A stretch of 64,000 bases of DNA from an uncultured Fibrobacterota bacterium (GCA_903876665.1 CAIRAY010000147.1:1-64000), one strand, 5' to 3'; shown: positions 1-8,756, numbered from the stretch's first letter. The notes: generated by a model not told the origin, from the sequence alone. Made by a program: numbers and translations.

Positions 1-58
1 AAAAGTCCCAAAAAAAGGAATACTGTTTTTATGGACAACTTCATTTGTGCTTGTCGCA

Positions 59-3000
59 TTATTTTTTCTCCCCAAGGTACATGCACCGAACAAAAGAGCG
101 GGTGACCCCATCTTCCCACCAGTACTCCAATATTATGTTTGCCTTTTGCTCCCTTAATATCCATTCCACGTTACCCACCCTCTTGAATGGCCACCATTCA
201 ATCGAAGGGATAGCTTCATTTTCTTCATAATCCACCTCTGAAATAGAACCGTCCACGGACATCCGCGCCTTCCAGCCTAAACCCAAAGCAATGCTCACAA
301 TATCATTGTGCAAGGACTCCCCTCGCAGGTTTCCAATATTTGGTTCTGGACTGGGTGGCAACACCCGGGCAAAAATTGTTTGTTCAGTGGAACGAAAGGT
401 TGAAACTTTATAGATATCAGAGTTCTGTACTTCACGAGCCCAAACTTGAGACGCATCACGGTAACCCCATTTTGGATTACCACCGAATACGTAATAGGCA
501 CCAGAATTGTTGATTGAACTTCCGACAAATGCCCTTACAACTACTATTTGCCCACTATCAGGACTTAACGAATCTTCAGCCTGCTTTAAAACATTGTGCA
601 CAATTGGCCAATAGACAATAGAACTAGCCCCCACCTCGGTCATTGCCGGAGCAATAATCTCCGCCGACACCCCATACCTCGCTACGGATACATCCAAATA
701 GTGAACCCCCTCCGGCACCCATTTCAGGTCATCACACATCCCATCCCAGTGAAGAATACTTGTTCCAAGAGTCTTGGCACCCAAGGCTTTGATGCACACA
801 ACCACATTGTCGAGATTGCGGATCTTCAGGGTCACCTCAGCGGTCATATTCAGGTCCAGGCTAACGCTGACCCGCTTCGTTGCATCGGCCAATGCCGCCG
901 GGTATTCCAGCGCTCCCGTAACAACCACATTGCTCACCGTGAGCGCAGCCAAAATGACATTCACCGTTTCCGCAGTCGTATTTCCAACAGCGTCGCTGGC
1001 GGTCTTGGAAATTGCAAAACTTCCTGCAGGCAGAGCTGGTGTTATTGTCTCGGAAAACGGAACGCCGTCAACGGTTCCCGAAACCGGAATGTCAATACTT
1101 CCAACGGGGAACACCTCTCCCGCAGTGGGCGAAGTGATCACGACCACCGGTGGCGTACGATCCACCACAAAGGTCTTGGTCGCTCGTCCCCAGCCACCAT
1201 CAATCGCCAGAACCTCGATTTCATGGGAACCATCCTGCAATGCGGAAATATCCAAGGACGCAGAAAAGGATGTTTGTGCCCCTGTTGGCGTCAACGTTTC
1301 CTTCAACTCGCCATCGATCAATATTTTTACCTGACTCGCCTTGGGCGATAACGAGCCCGCAACGGTCAGCAAATTTTCTTTGGTGACCGAGGCCGTTGGT
1401 GATGTTATGGTTATGGAAGGAATTGTTCCGGAATTGTAGCCGACCAGTCCACCTCCAGCCCCAAAATCCTTGGAGCCTATCTTGCCATACACCTTCACCA
1501 TTTTTTCCATCGCCGAATCCGGATACCAGAGCGCAGTATATCCGTATCCTGCCGCTAAATCCCTTGCGCCCCAAGCCTGAACGCTAGTTGCTGTCTTTAA
1601 TGGGTTGGCATCGCCAAGCGCTCCCGTGGAGTTGTCCCCATAGATGTCCACACGGTTGAACTGGTATAAATACTGTGTATTTTCCGGGTCGTCTGGGTCT
1701 TCAACAGTGTTCAGAAAGTGGTAACCGTCCGATAGCGGGTGCTGATATGGAGAAAGAAATCCGCCCTCAAACATGGTGGCAAAATGGCTGATCCCCGCCG
1801 ACATCAGGCTCAGTCTCGAAGCGCCGCTCTGTAGACCAGTCATGCCTGTTCCCCACCAGACGGTCCGAACCACAGTCTGTGCAGGTCTCAGCCGATGCGA
1901 GACGCCAAAATCCCGCCCGGAAGCAAGCAACCGCGAAACCGGCATTTCGGTTATTGACGAGGAAGGGTTTTCGTAGGTATTCATGAATCCTTGGAATGTT
2001 CGGCGCCCTATGGCATGGGTCAATTGGTCTGAACCATAGGTGCACCCCGTTCTTGCTGTGCCTGGTTTATAATCCCAAGACAAATCGGAGCACACCCCTT
2101 GGGGAATCAAAAGCTGGGCCCTGTCGTTTGCACCCCAGGTCCAAAGCCTCTGCAGGCTGTCAAGTCCAAGGGAATGGGCGCGTCCCGCTGCCACAGCAAA
2201 AAGTCGGACCGTATTTTCGCCCTCGGCGGGCATGGTGAGAAGCTCAGGCTGAGACCCATCGGCAACAAGCGGAGTCGACCCGCTCGCAAGACCAAGCTGC
2301 CCCTCGTCTCCACGACCCCAAACCCAGGTCCGGTTCGATTCATCGATGGCAATGTTGTGTGCAGTTCCGGCGACGATGTCCTTGATAATAATGCCCACAG
2401 GAAACACAACTTTAACCGGCACATCCGAGGAATCCCCAGCATTGGAATTCCCAAGCTGACCTTCGCGGTTGTCACCCCAGGCCATCACGGTACCATCCAC
2501 CATCAGGGCAAGCGAATGCCTTGCGCCAGCGGCCACCGAGCGCACGTTACCCACGACCCCCATTACCTGGATCAGGGAATCGGACCAGACGCGCCCCGGG
2601 TCGGGGAACCCCAAGCGTCCCTGTCCGTTGCTTCCAAAGGATAGAACTCGGGTATGAGTTGTTGAATTCTCCACCAATGAATCAAGGACCACCACATGGG
2701 AATCCCCTGCGGAAATGCTGCGTGGCATTATGGTTACTCCAACCATTGCTGGAGAGAACTTGGAAGTAACCACATGCACGGCGCCGTCATAGCTCTTGAT
2801 CTCCAGAGCCTGCCATTCCTGGGCCGTGGAGTCAAAGCGGAAGGCCTTGACCTGTTCCTTGGAATATCTTTTTGGTTGGTAGTCCGGCATGGGGAGGGCC
2901 ATCTCGATAGTGGATCCCGGAGCGATGTCGGCATGCACCTGGAAGTACCCACCCGAGCGCAGGAAGTCACGGCGGAGCAGTTCGGGCTTGCCGCTTTCAT

Positions 3001-4705
3001 TGCCCAGATATCGGATGGTGGGGACTTCGTTGTTCACCAGGGTTCCCGGAGCTACGGATACCGCAATTCGGGTTCGCGTTCCATAACCCGGGATTTGATC
3101 GAAGCGGTATTCAACATATTCAGGCTTAGTGATTCCCGAAAAATCCACGCGGTCAGGCACTCCCACCAGTGGCGCATCGTTTGCGTTGTGGGGATCGCTT
3201 CCGACCTGGCGCTCCACCGCATCTGGGATCCCGTCGCCATCGCTGTCGTTGGTCCATGGCCCCTGGCCATATACAATCAGGCCGTCGGAGGTCACCGTGA
3301 CCTTGGGATTGCCCGCTGTGTTGCCGGTTCCGGCCCAAGACCAGTCGTCGGTGAAATTCACATTGCCCCAGTCCTTGGAGGCGATGCGGACCTGCACCTC
3401 GCGCGTTGCGCCAATGGGCAAGAGACCTTCGCCCAGCGCTACCGTGAACTGCACCCGACGGTCCTTCTGTGTCGTCCTTGAAATGGTAGTACCAGGAACT
3501 TGGGACCAGTCGATCAGGCCGATCAACGGCTGTTCGCCAGCAAGGGTGTCCGCATGCCAGTTGAAGCGGACCCGGCGCAAAGGAACCTCGCCCGTATTGG
3601 TCACCAGGCAGGTGAGCCACAGGGTGTTGTCCGTCCTTTGGGTCACGGTGGTGTTGACCTTCGCTTCCTGTTTGGCCGTGGTAGGGAAAGGAAGGCGCGG
3701 GATTTCGGAAACCAGGTTCTGAGCGTGCCTGCGCACCGTCACGCCATTGTTGACGCCACCTGTCACCGTGGGCATAGCTATCCACGATGGGTCGTTAGTG
3801 CGGTTAATCGCGGTATAGTCCTTGACATGCATCCGCAGGTGCACCACCGCTGAATCGCCCAAATTCAGTGTCACTGGAATCCGCATCCATACCGTTCCGC
3901 TGAAGTCATCCCGGGCTTCTACGGTCCCTGTGACCCCGGCAAGGGAGGAGTGGTCGATCTCGGGTTCCAGCTCGTCCGAATGGTCGGCCCAGTTGAAGTG
4001 CCAGCCGATCTCCGGGGCATCAAGAGGAACTGTGCCTGCGTTCTTGACCGTCAGGGCCACGGCATACCAGTTGACGTTGCTTCCGATCACCGAAGCCGTC
4101 ACCACGGGCATGGGAACCAGGCCCAGCGAGGCGGAGGACAACATTTTGGCAGATGAGCTGGAAGTAAAAATGCCCGAAGATGAAGCCACGGATGAGGACG
4201 ATTGAGCCAAGGAGGGTGCGAGGCTTGAAGATTGTTGAGTCGTTTCCGTCCACTGGATGCGGTCGAAGGAGCATAGGCGGTTCCATTCCGCGGAATGCCC
4301 GTAGCCCACTCGCCCTGTGGCGTGGGTGGCATCATTGATTGTCGCCACAGAATCTCCATTAAGGAATACTTTAAATTCGTTGCCGTGCATGACGATGCGG
4401 AGGTTTACGTTGGACGCGAGCGGAACATCTTTTTTGCCCAGGGGCGAACAGCTGGCCATCCCATCGACGCAGAAAAAGACATGCGATTCCCATTGGTTTG
4501 CGGGTCGCACTCCGACGAAGTAGAAACTTGACTGATTGGTGTAGCGGAATACTGCGCCACCCCGGTGTCCATTCCAGATGTCGGCGACCAAGTCCATTTC
4601 AAGCGTACCGTCCGGTGCCGTGGCATCGGTGCGCAACAAGAATCCGTTCTGCCCGGAACCGTTGGCGGGCAAGGCCATTCCGCCAACTTCGCTCCAGGGG
4701 CGCAT
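59..4705 (-). CDS. Very large secreted multidomain surface protein: N-terminal LamG/concanavalin-like domain, two CBM/CARDB-like beta-sandwich domains, a TSP3-like DSDGDG calcium-binding motif, RCC1 (beta-propeller) repeats, bacterial Ig-like domains. The annotated ATG lacks a signal peptide. The true N-terminus probably lies upstream, reaching about 4845 through a homopolymer frameshift.
   Basis: Single 1548-aa ORF. RCC1 signatures are VMAWGDNREGQLG, VWGRGDEGQLG, TWGANDRAQL and HSLAL/HNIAI. It carries a DSDGDGIPDAVE motif and Ser-rich linkers. Reading upstream in the same frame gives KALIAFLFCAFLGAAPVHSA, a typical signal peptide, but without an in-frame ATG. Confidence 0.8.
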   Translation of the reverse strand: MRPWSEVGGMALPANGSGQNGFLLRTDATAPDGTLEMDLVADIWNGHRGGAVFRYTNQSSFYFVGVRPANQWESHVFFCVDGMASCSPLGKKDVPLASNVNLRIVMHGNEFKVFLNGDSVATINDATHATGRVGYGHSAEWNRLCSFDRIQWTETTQQSSSLAPSLAQSSSSVASSSGIFTSSSSAKMLSSASLGLVPMPVVTASVIGSNVNWYAVALTVKNAGTVPLDAPEIGWHFNWADHSDELEPEIDHSSLAGVTGTVEARDDFSGTVWMRIPVTLNLGDSAVVHLRMHVKDYTAINRTNDPSWIAMPTVTGGVNNGVTVRRHAQNLVSEIPRLPFPTTAKQEAKVNTTVTQRTDNTLWLTCLVTNTGEVPLRRVRFNWHADTLAGEQPLIGLIDWSQVPGTTISRTTQKDRRVQFTVALGEGLLPIGATREVQVRIASKDWGNVNFTDDWSWAGTGNTAGNPKVTVTSDGLIVYGQGPWTNDSDGDGIPDAVERQVGSDPHNANDAPLVGVPDRVDFSGITKPEYVEYRFDQIPGYGTRTRIAVSVAPGTLVNNEVPTIRYLGNESGKPELLRRDFLRSGGYFQVHADIAPGSTIEMALPMPDYQPKRYSKEQVKAFRFDSTAQEWQALEIKSYDGAVHVVTSKFSPAMVGVTIMPRSISAGDSHVVVLDSLVENSTTHTRVLSFGSNGQGRLGFPDPGRVWSDSLIQVMGVVGNVRSVAAGARHSLALMVDGTVMAWGDNREGQLGNSNAGDSSDVPVKVVFPVGIIIKDIVAGTAHNIAIDESNRTWVWGRGDEGQLGLASGSTPLVADGSQPELLTMPAEGENTVRLFAVAAGRAHSLGLDSLQRLWTWGANDRAQLLIPQGVCSDLSWDYKPGTARTGCTYGSDQLTHAIGRRTFQGFMNTYENPSSSITEMPVSRLLASGRDFGVSHRLRPAQTVVRTVWWGTGMTGLQSGASRLSLMSAGISHFATMFEGGFLSPYQHPLSDGYHFLNTVEDPDDPENTQYLYQFNRVDIYGDNSTGALGDANPLKTATSVQAWGARDLAAGYGYTALWYPDSAMEKMVKVYGKIGSKDFGAGGGLVGYNSGTIPSITITSPTASVTKENLLTVAGSLSPKASQVKILIDGELKETLTPTGAQTSFSASLDISALQDGSHEIEVLAIDGGWGRATKTFVVDRTPPVVVITSPTAGEVFPVGSIDIPVSGTVDGVPFSETITPALPAGSFAISKTASDAVGNTTAETVNVILAALTVSNVVVTGALEYPAALADATKRVSVSLDLNMTAEVTLKIRNLDNVVVCIKALGAKTLGTSILHWDGMCDDLKWVPEGVHYLDVSVARYGVSAEIIAPAMTEVGASSIVYWPIVHNVLKQAEDSLSPDSGQIVVVRAFVGSSINNSGAYYVFGGNPKWGYRDASQVWAREVQNSDIYKVSTFRSTEQTIFARVLPPSPEPNIGNLRGESLHNDIVSIALGLGWKARMSVDGSISEVDYEENEAIPSIEWWPFKRVGNVEWILREQKANIILEYWWEDGVTRSFVRCMYLGEKK

Positions 4706-4820
4706 GCCTGCGGTGGTGAATCCCGAGAGCGATCCATCGGAATGGTCGTCGGTGAATGATGCGGAATGTACGGGTGCCGCGCCTAGGAAAGCGCAGAATA
4801 AAAACGCAATTAGGGCTTTA

Positions 4821-4828
4821 GGGGGGGG
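4821..4828. repeat. Homopolymeric G8 tract (C8 on the coding strand of the giant surface-protein gene). It places the upstream ATG (about 4843-4845, minus strand) at +1 relative to the signal-peptide frame. It is a candidate slipped-strand phase-variation switch, or a homopolymer sequencing error.
   Basis: The minus strand reads atggcacataaattgct-CCCCCCCC-taaagccctaattgcg. With 8 C the ATG frame stops after 11 codons (MAHKLLPPLKP*). With 9 C it reads MAHKLLPPPKALIAFLFCAFLGAAPVHSASFTDD... in frame with the 1548-aa ORF. Confidence 0.6.
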
Positions 4829-4926
4829 AGCAATTTATGTGCCATAGGGACGCAAAGATAAAAAAACAACGTTCGAAATGGAGTAAAAAGGAACTAACCA
4901 TCCATTCTTTTATCCATGCGCAAGGA

Positions 4927-5625
4927 TTATTTCGTCAGAAACCAGATCGCCCCTGCGAACGCGAGAACCCCAACGGCCTTACGGGCCCAAACAATCCAGC
5001 GACCCATGCCCCGTACATGAAAAATGGGCAGGATCCAAGTAGATGCCATTCCGGCAAAAACGATCACCGAGCAATGTCCAAGGGCGTAGGCCAAAACCAG
5101 GCCTGTCGCCAATAAAGGCCTTGTTGCCACCGAATCGAAAACTAGCCCTAGCACCGGCATGATGAATGCGAAGGCACATGGCCCAAGAACCGTGCCAAAT
5201 AAGCCACCCAGCAATAATGCGGCTCCAAGACCCCTACCCTTGAAGCGTTCCTGGCTCGACAAGGTATACGCAGGAATATGGATTACATCTAAAAGAAGAA
5301 GACCGACCAGGGCAAATATCAGCGCCCCAAGCCAATTACTCCATGGCCCCACATCGCCAAAAATGCGGCCCAACATTCCCGTAATCAAACCGAGTACCAC
5401 CATACTCACCAGGATTCCAAAGGAAAATACGGCCGAAAGCACAAAAGCCCGGACCGGAGTGCCACCACTTTGTTTGGCTACAAACCCCATCACCAACGGC
5501 ACGCTGGCCAGGTGACAAGGAGAGAGGATTACGCTCGCGATACCCCACAATAGGGCACCGGACACCGCCACCCATGGGCTTGCCCACATCATTTCCGAAA
5601 GGCGGGTCAGAATATCCAGGATCAC
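4927..5625 (-). CDS. ccdA: Cytochrome c biogenesis / disulfide-reductant transmembrane protein (CcdA/DsbD transmembrane-domain family)
   Basis: 232-aa polytopic membrane protein with the SPCHLASVP motif and a second conserved Cys region typical of CcdA. Its stop overlaps the start of the upstream Trx-like gene. Confidence 0.8.
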   Translation of the reverse strand: MILDILTRLSEMMWASPWVAVSGALLWGIASVILSPCHLASVPLVMGFVAKQSGGTPVRAFVLSAVFSFGILVSMVVLGLITGMLGRIFGDVGPWSNWLGALIFALVGLLLLDVIHIPAYTLSSQERFKGRGLGAALLLGGLFGTVLGPCAFAFIMPVLGLVFDSVATRPLLATGLVLAYALGHCSVIVFAGMASTWILPIFHVRGMGRWIVWARKAVGVLAFAGAIWFLTK

Positions 5626-5969
5626 CGGCGGACTCGCTTGGATGCTAGGATTTTTTCCAGCTCACTTTGCGGAAAAAATCCTTCGTGTCTAAAGAATTCC
5701 TTGCCTGTGGAATCCAAAAATACTTGTGTGGGAATGGAGCGAATCTTAAATTTTTGGGCCTCGGGTTTTCCGGCCGGGGTCCAGACATCGTGGAACACAA
5801 TTTTTAGATCTTGCCGGTATTTAATTTCCAATGAATCCATGATTTTTTTCATGGCCCGGCAGGGAATGCAATTCACCGAACCGAGCTCCACAAAAGTCAC
5901 TTTGGGCTCAGTGGCAAGGGCTTTTGTGGCTAAGCATAATAGAAGCAAAAAGATATGAATCAATTTCAT
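5622..5969 (-). CDS. Periplasmic thioredoxin-like thiol-disulfide oxidoreductase (TlpA/ResA-like), the likely partner of CcdA
   Basis: 115 aa. Signal peptide MKLIHIFLLLLCLATKALA, CIPC (CxxC) active-site motif, and a 4-bp overlap with ccdA. Confidence 0.7.
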   Translation of the reverse strand: MKLIHIFLLLLCLATKALATEPKVTFVELGSVNCIPCRAMKKIMDSLEIKYRQDLKIVFHDVWTPAGKPEAQKFKIRSIPTQVFLDSTGKEFFRHEGFFPQSELEKILASKRVRR

Positions 5970-6025
5970 TTTCCCATCCTATCATCGTCAATGGTATTGC
6001 GACATGCAAAGAATTTATGGATTTT

Positions 6026-6099
6026 GATGCCCGGCTTTCCTGTCATGCTGGCTTTCCTGTCATGCTGGCTTTCCTGTCATGCCCGGCACGGGCATGACA
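6026..6099. repeat. Intergenic repeat locus A. It holds three tandem 17-bp units (gctttcctgtcatgcYg) ending in a perfect palindrome tgtcatgcccg-gca-cgggcatgaca at 6075-6099 (subtype I of the ATGCCCG-N3-CGGGCAT family).
   Basis: Read directly from the sequence. It lies between the Trx-like gene (ends 5969) and the redox-active disulfide protein 2 gene (ends 6143), both on the minus strand. Confidence 0.85.
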
Positions 6100-6142
6100 A
6101 ATTCATTCGCACATTTAGCGACATTTTTAGTAGGTATATCCA

Positions 6143-6376
6143 TTAAATCAGGTATTCCTTCAATGCTTCCGCCTTTAGCACTTTCCCAGAAAACATGACT
6201 TTTCCATCCACCACCAGGGCAGGCGTGGTCATCACACCAAAGACCATAATTTGTTTGTAATCAGTAACCTTTTCCAGCTGGATTTCAACGCCCAAAGCAT
6301 CCGCAGCTTTTTGGACTTCCTCCGCAAGGATGATGCATTTGCTACAGCCGCCGCCGAGAACTTGGATTTTTTTCAT
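6143..6376 (-). CDS. Small thioredoxin-fold protein, redox-active disulfide protein 2 family (TM0996/MTH895-like)
   Basis: 77 aa with a GGGCSKC motif near the N-terminus. This family is classically encoded next to ArsR and a PF03773 permease. Confidence 0.75.
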   Translation of the reverse strand: MKKIQVLGGGCSKCIILAEEVQKAADALGVEIQLEKVTDYKQIMVFGVMTTPALVVDGKVMFSGKVLKAEALKEYLI

Positions 6377-6397
6377 GGTGAGCTCCTTTTGAATCTT

Positions 6398-7435
6398 TTA
6401 CAACAACGCATTAAACAAATACCCAACCAGCATGATGCCACAAGCCACGGTGCCAAAGAATATCCCCAGCAGTTTGGGCTTCAACACTTTGCGCAATAAA
6501 ATGGCCTCGGGAAGGGACAAGGCAATCACCGCCATCATAAAGGCAAGGGACGTTCCTAATGCGGCCCCTTTTTCCAGCAAGGCCGAGATGATGGGCAAAA
6601 TCCCAGCGGCGTTGGAATACATGGGAACACCCAGTAGAACAGCAAGGGGCACAGACCACCAGGAACCCGCTCCGAGGATTTTCACAAAAAAATCCTGAGG
6701 CACATAGCCATGAATTCCTGCGCCCACAGCGATGCCCAGAATGACCCACATCCAAACTTTTCCGACCACTTCTTTGACCGCATCACGACCCGCCAGAATC
6801 CTTTCGCCCCAGCTCATTTTTGCATCTTCACCGGTTGTGCCGCCCCGAATTTCCCATACCCAGTCTTCGACCAGATGATCCAGCTTGACGCGGCCCAATA
6901 CATAGCCCGCGAGCATGGCCACCGCAAGGCCGGTGCCCATATAGAGAGCTGCCACCTTCCATCCAAACATCCCAAAAAACAGGACTAATGCCACTTCGTT
7001 GACCATGGGGGCGCTGACCAGAAAGGAAAAGGTTGCGCCCAGAGGTACGCCTGCGGAAAGAAAGCCAATAAACAAAGGCACGGCAGAGCAAGAGCAGAAT
7101 GGTGTCACCGTACCTAGCAATGCCGCCATGGCATTTCCGGTAAAGGCTCCGCGCCCCTGAAGCATTTTCCGGGTCCGTTCGGGAGAGAAAAATGTGCGAA
7201 TGATCCCGACGCCAAAGACCACGGAAACCAGCAGCATCAACACCTTGGGGGTGTCATAAAAGAAAAATGCCAGGGATTCAAAGGCCCGGCCCCCTGCAGG
7301 GAGAAAAGAAAATTGACCGGACAAGGCCTGCACGGTCAAATGCGACAAGGCTTCCAAATTCCAATAAAGAGAGACCCAGGCCATTATGCCTGCGAGCCCC
7401 AGAGACCAATGAATAATGAGCTTCCCCTTCATCAT
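6398..7435 (-). CDS. Permease of the PF03773/DUF318 family (ArsP-like putative organoarsenical/thiol efflux permease)
   Basis: 345-aa polytopic membrane protein containing TPFCSCSAVPLF, the vicinal-Cys TPFcSCS motif characteristic of ArsP-type permeases. It overlaps arsR by 4 bp. Confidence 0.7.
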   Translation of the reverse strand: MMKGKLIIHWSLGLAGIMAWVSLYWNLEALSHLTVQALSGQFSFLPAGGRAFESLAFFFYDTPKVLMLLVSVVFGVGIIRTFFSPERTRKMLQGRGAFTGNAMAALLGTVTPFCSCSAVPLFIGFLSAGVPLGATFSFLVSAPMVNEVALVLFFGMFGWKVAALYMGTGLAVAMLAGYVLGRVKLDHLVEDWVWEIRGGTTGEDAKMSWGERILAGRDAVKEVVGKVWMWVILGIAVGAGIHGYVPQDFFVKILGAGSWWSVPLAVLLGVPMYSNAAGILPIISALLEKGAALGTSLAFMMAVIALSLPEAILLRKVLKPKLLGIFFGTVACGIMLVGYLFNALL

Positions 7436-7788
7436 GCCCCTTGGTCAATGCAATTGAAAAACCCCAAAATGCAGGGCATGGATAATTTGTAAAATACTTT
7501 GAGCCCGCGCTTGTCGTCCTCAATGAGGCCGGCATGGCGGAGTACCGCCAAATGCCTACTGACGGTGGACATGTCGGTGCCCACCACGGGGGCAATTTCG
7601 CAAACACAAGTTTCGCCTTGGGTCAAGAGTTCCAAAATTCGAATGCGCGAAGGATGCCCCATGGCCTTGAAGATGCTGGCACGACGCTTGATCACCGCCA
7701 GGGAGGTTGGCATTTTTGCCGGTTGCACAATGGCACATTCTGTGGCCGACTTGGCTGCATTTTGTTTCATATTTGCAAATATACGCAA
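7432..7788 (-). CDS. arsR: ArsR/SmtB-family metalloregulatory transcriptional repressor. The track start is TTG at 7788; a more likely start is the ATG at 7768-7770, giving MKQNAAKS...
   Basis: HTH region IFKAMGHPSRIRILELL, a metal-site ETCVCEIAPVVG (CVC) motif and the downstream DNA-recognition helix region. Confidence 0.85.
   Translation of the reverse strand: MRIFANMKQNAAKSATECAIVQPAKMPTSLAVIKRRASIFKAMGHPSRIRILELLTQGETCVCEIAPVVGTDMSTVSRHLAVLRHAGLIEDDKRGLKVFYKLSMPCILGFFNCIDQGA
7769..7782. promoter_or_regulatory. Perfect 14-bp palindrome ATATTTGCAAATAT abutting or overlapping the arsR start codon. It is a candidate ArsR operator for autoregulation.
   Basis: The palindrome is read directly from the sequence (catATTTGCAAATATacgcaaatac), with an adjacent partial repeat gcaaata. 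ArsR/SmtB repressors typically bind AT-rich inverted repeats that overlap their own promoters. Confidence 0.4.
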
Positions 7789-7934
7789 ATACTTTCTAAA
7801 ACGTCCACCCCAATTTTTTCTTCATCTATAGGATTCCGTGCGGGCCCTGGAATTTGGCGAAGCGCAAGTGGTACGGGACTTAGGGTGAAGGATTCTATAT
7901 TGGCAGGGAAAATCCTTTTTCAAGTGATTCCTCC

Positions 7935-8744
7935 ATGATTCGATTGTTCCCCATTCTTTTTATCCATTTCATTGCGTCTAACCTTTGGGCGCAGACTACC
8001 TCCCCTACCCCGAAGAAGCCAAACATTGCCGTCCTGAATTTCTCAGGAGATGCTACGGTTACACCCGAGCAGCTGGCGTTCATAACGGGTGAATTTGCCT
8101 CCGAATTAACCCGATCCGAAGCCTTTACCGTGCTGGAACGTAGTCGAATGAAGGATATTCTCCAGGAACAAAATTTCCAGCAAAGCGAAATTTGCAATTC
8201 GAGCGAATGCAAGTTGCAAATGGGTCAAATGCTTGGAGTGGACAACCTGGTCGTCGGAAGCATGGTACGCTTTGGCCCCAACTACGCCTTTCGAGTTGAA
8301 TACTTGGATGTTGCCACTGGGGTCATTTTAAAAACCGTGAGTTTTGAAAAGACTGGTGAATTGCATCAGGTGTACCGCACCGCATGCCAAGAAGGAGCAT
8401 CGGCCCTGGGGCGCTTCGCAAATGGACTGCCAGATTCGGTGACGACCCCATCTTCAACGACTCCCGTTGTTTCCTCTACATACAAACGCCCGGGATGGAA
8501 ATTCCCTGTCTTGGCGGGATTGGCCCTAGGCGGAGTGGTGTGCGGAGTGGCTGGCTTGTTGGAGCATCAAAACATGACAGCAGAGCGCAAGACTTACAAT
8601 AATGCGGATTACACCGGACGGCCTGTGACCGAAGCTAACGCACAATGGGACAAGGTTGTCTCGGCCGAAAGCGCGCGGAATATTTTATGGAGCGCCGGAG
8701 CGGGCCTTCTTGCGGCTGGGCTCGTGGTACAATTCGCCTTCTAA
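7935..8744 (+). CDS. Secreted membrane-anchored protein with a CsgG/LpoB/FlgO-like fold and a C-terminal TM segment
   Basis: Signal peptide MIRLFPILFIHFIASNLWAQ. The pattern NIAVLNFSG...ERSRMKDILQEQ...ECKLQMGQMLGVDNLVVGSM resembles CsgG/LpoB-type domains. A hydrophobic stretch lies near the C-terminus. Confidence 0.45.
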   Translation: MIRLFPILFIHFIASNLWAQTTSPTPKKPNIAVLNFSGDATVTPEQLAFITGEFASELTRSEAFTVLERSRMKDILQEQNFQQSEICNSSECKLQMGQMLGVDNLVVGSMVRFGPNYAFRVEYLDVATGVILKTVSFEKTGELHQVYRTACQEGASALGRFANGLPDSVTTPSSTTPVVSSTYKRPGWKFPVLAGLALGGVVCGVAGLLEHQNMTAERKTYNNADYTGRPVTEANAQWDKVVSAESARNILWSAGAGLLAAGLVVQFAF

Positions 8745-8756
8745 GGAAAAACAGAA

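Noticed and set aside
596-4359. Numerous plus-strand and alternative-frame ORFs (for example 596-1351, 2099-2644, 2696-3481, 3129-3722) inside the 59-4705 gene
   Set aside because: They are antisense or out-of-frame to a long, domain-rich, clearly coding ORF. They are GC-rich frame artefacts with no recognisable motifs.
5955-6146. 63-aa plus-strand ORF spanning repeat locus A
   Set aside because: It is created by the tandem repeat and palindrome, which read through without stops. It has no start context and is repeat-derived.
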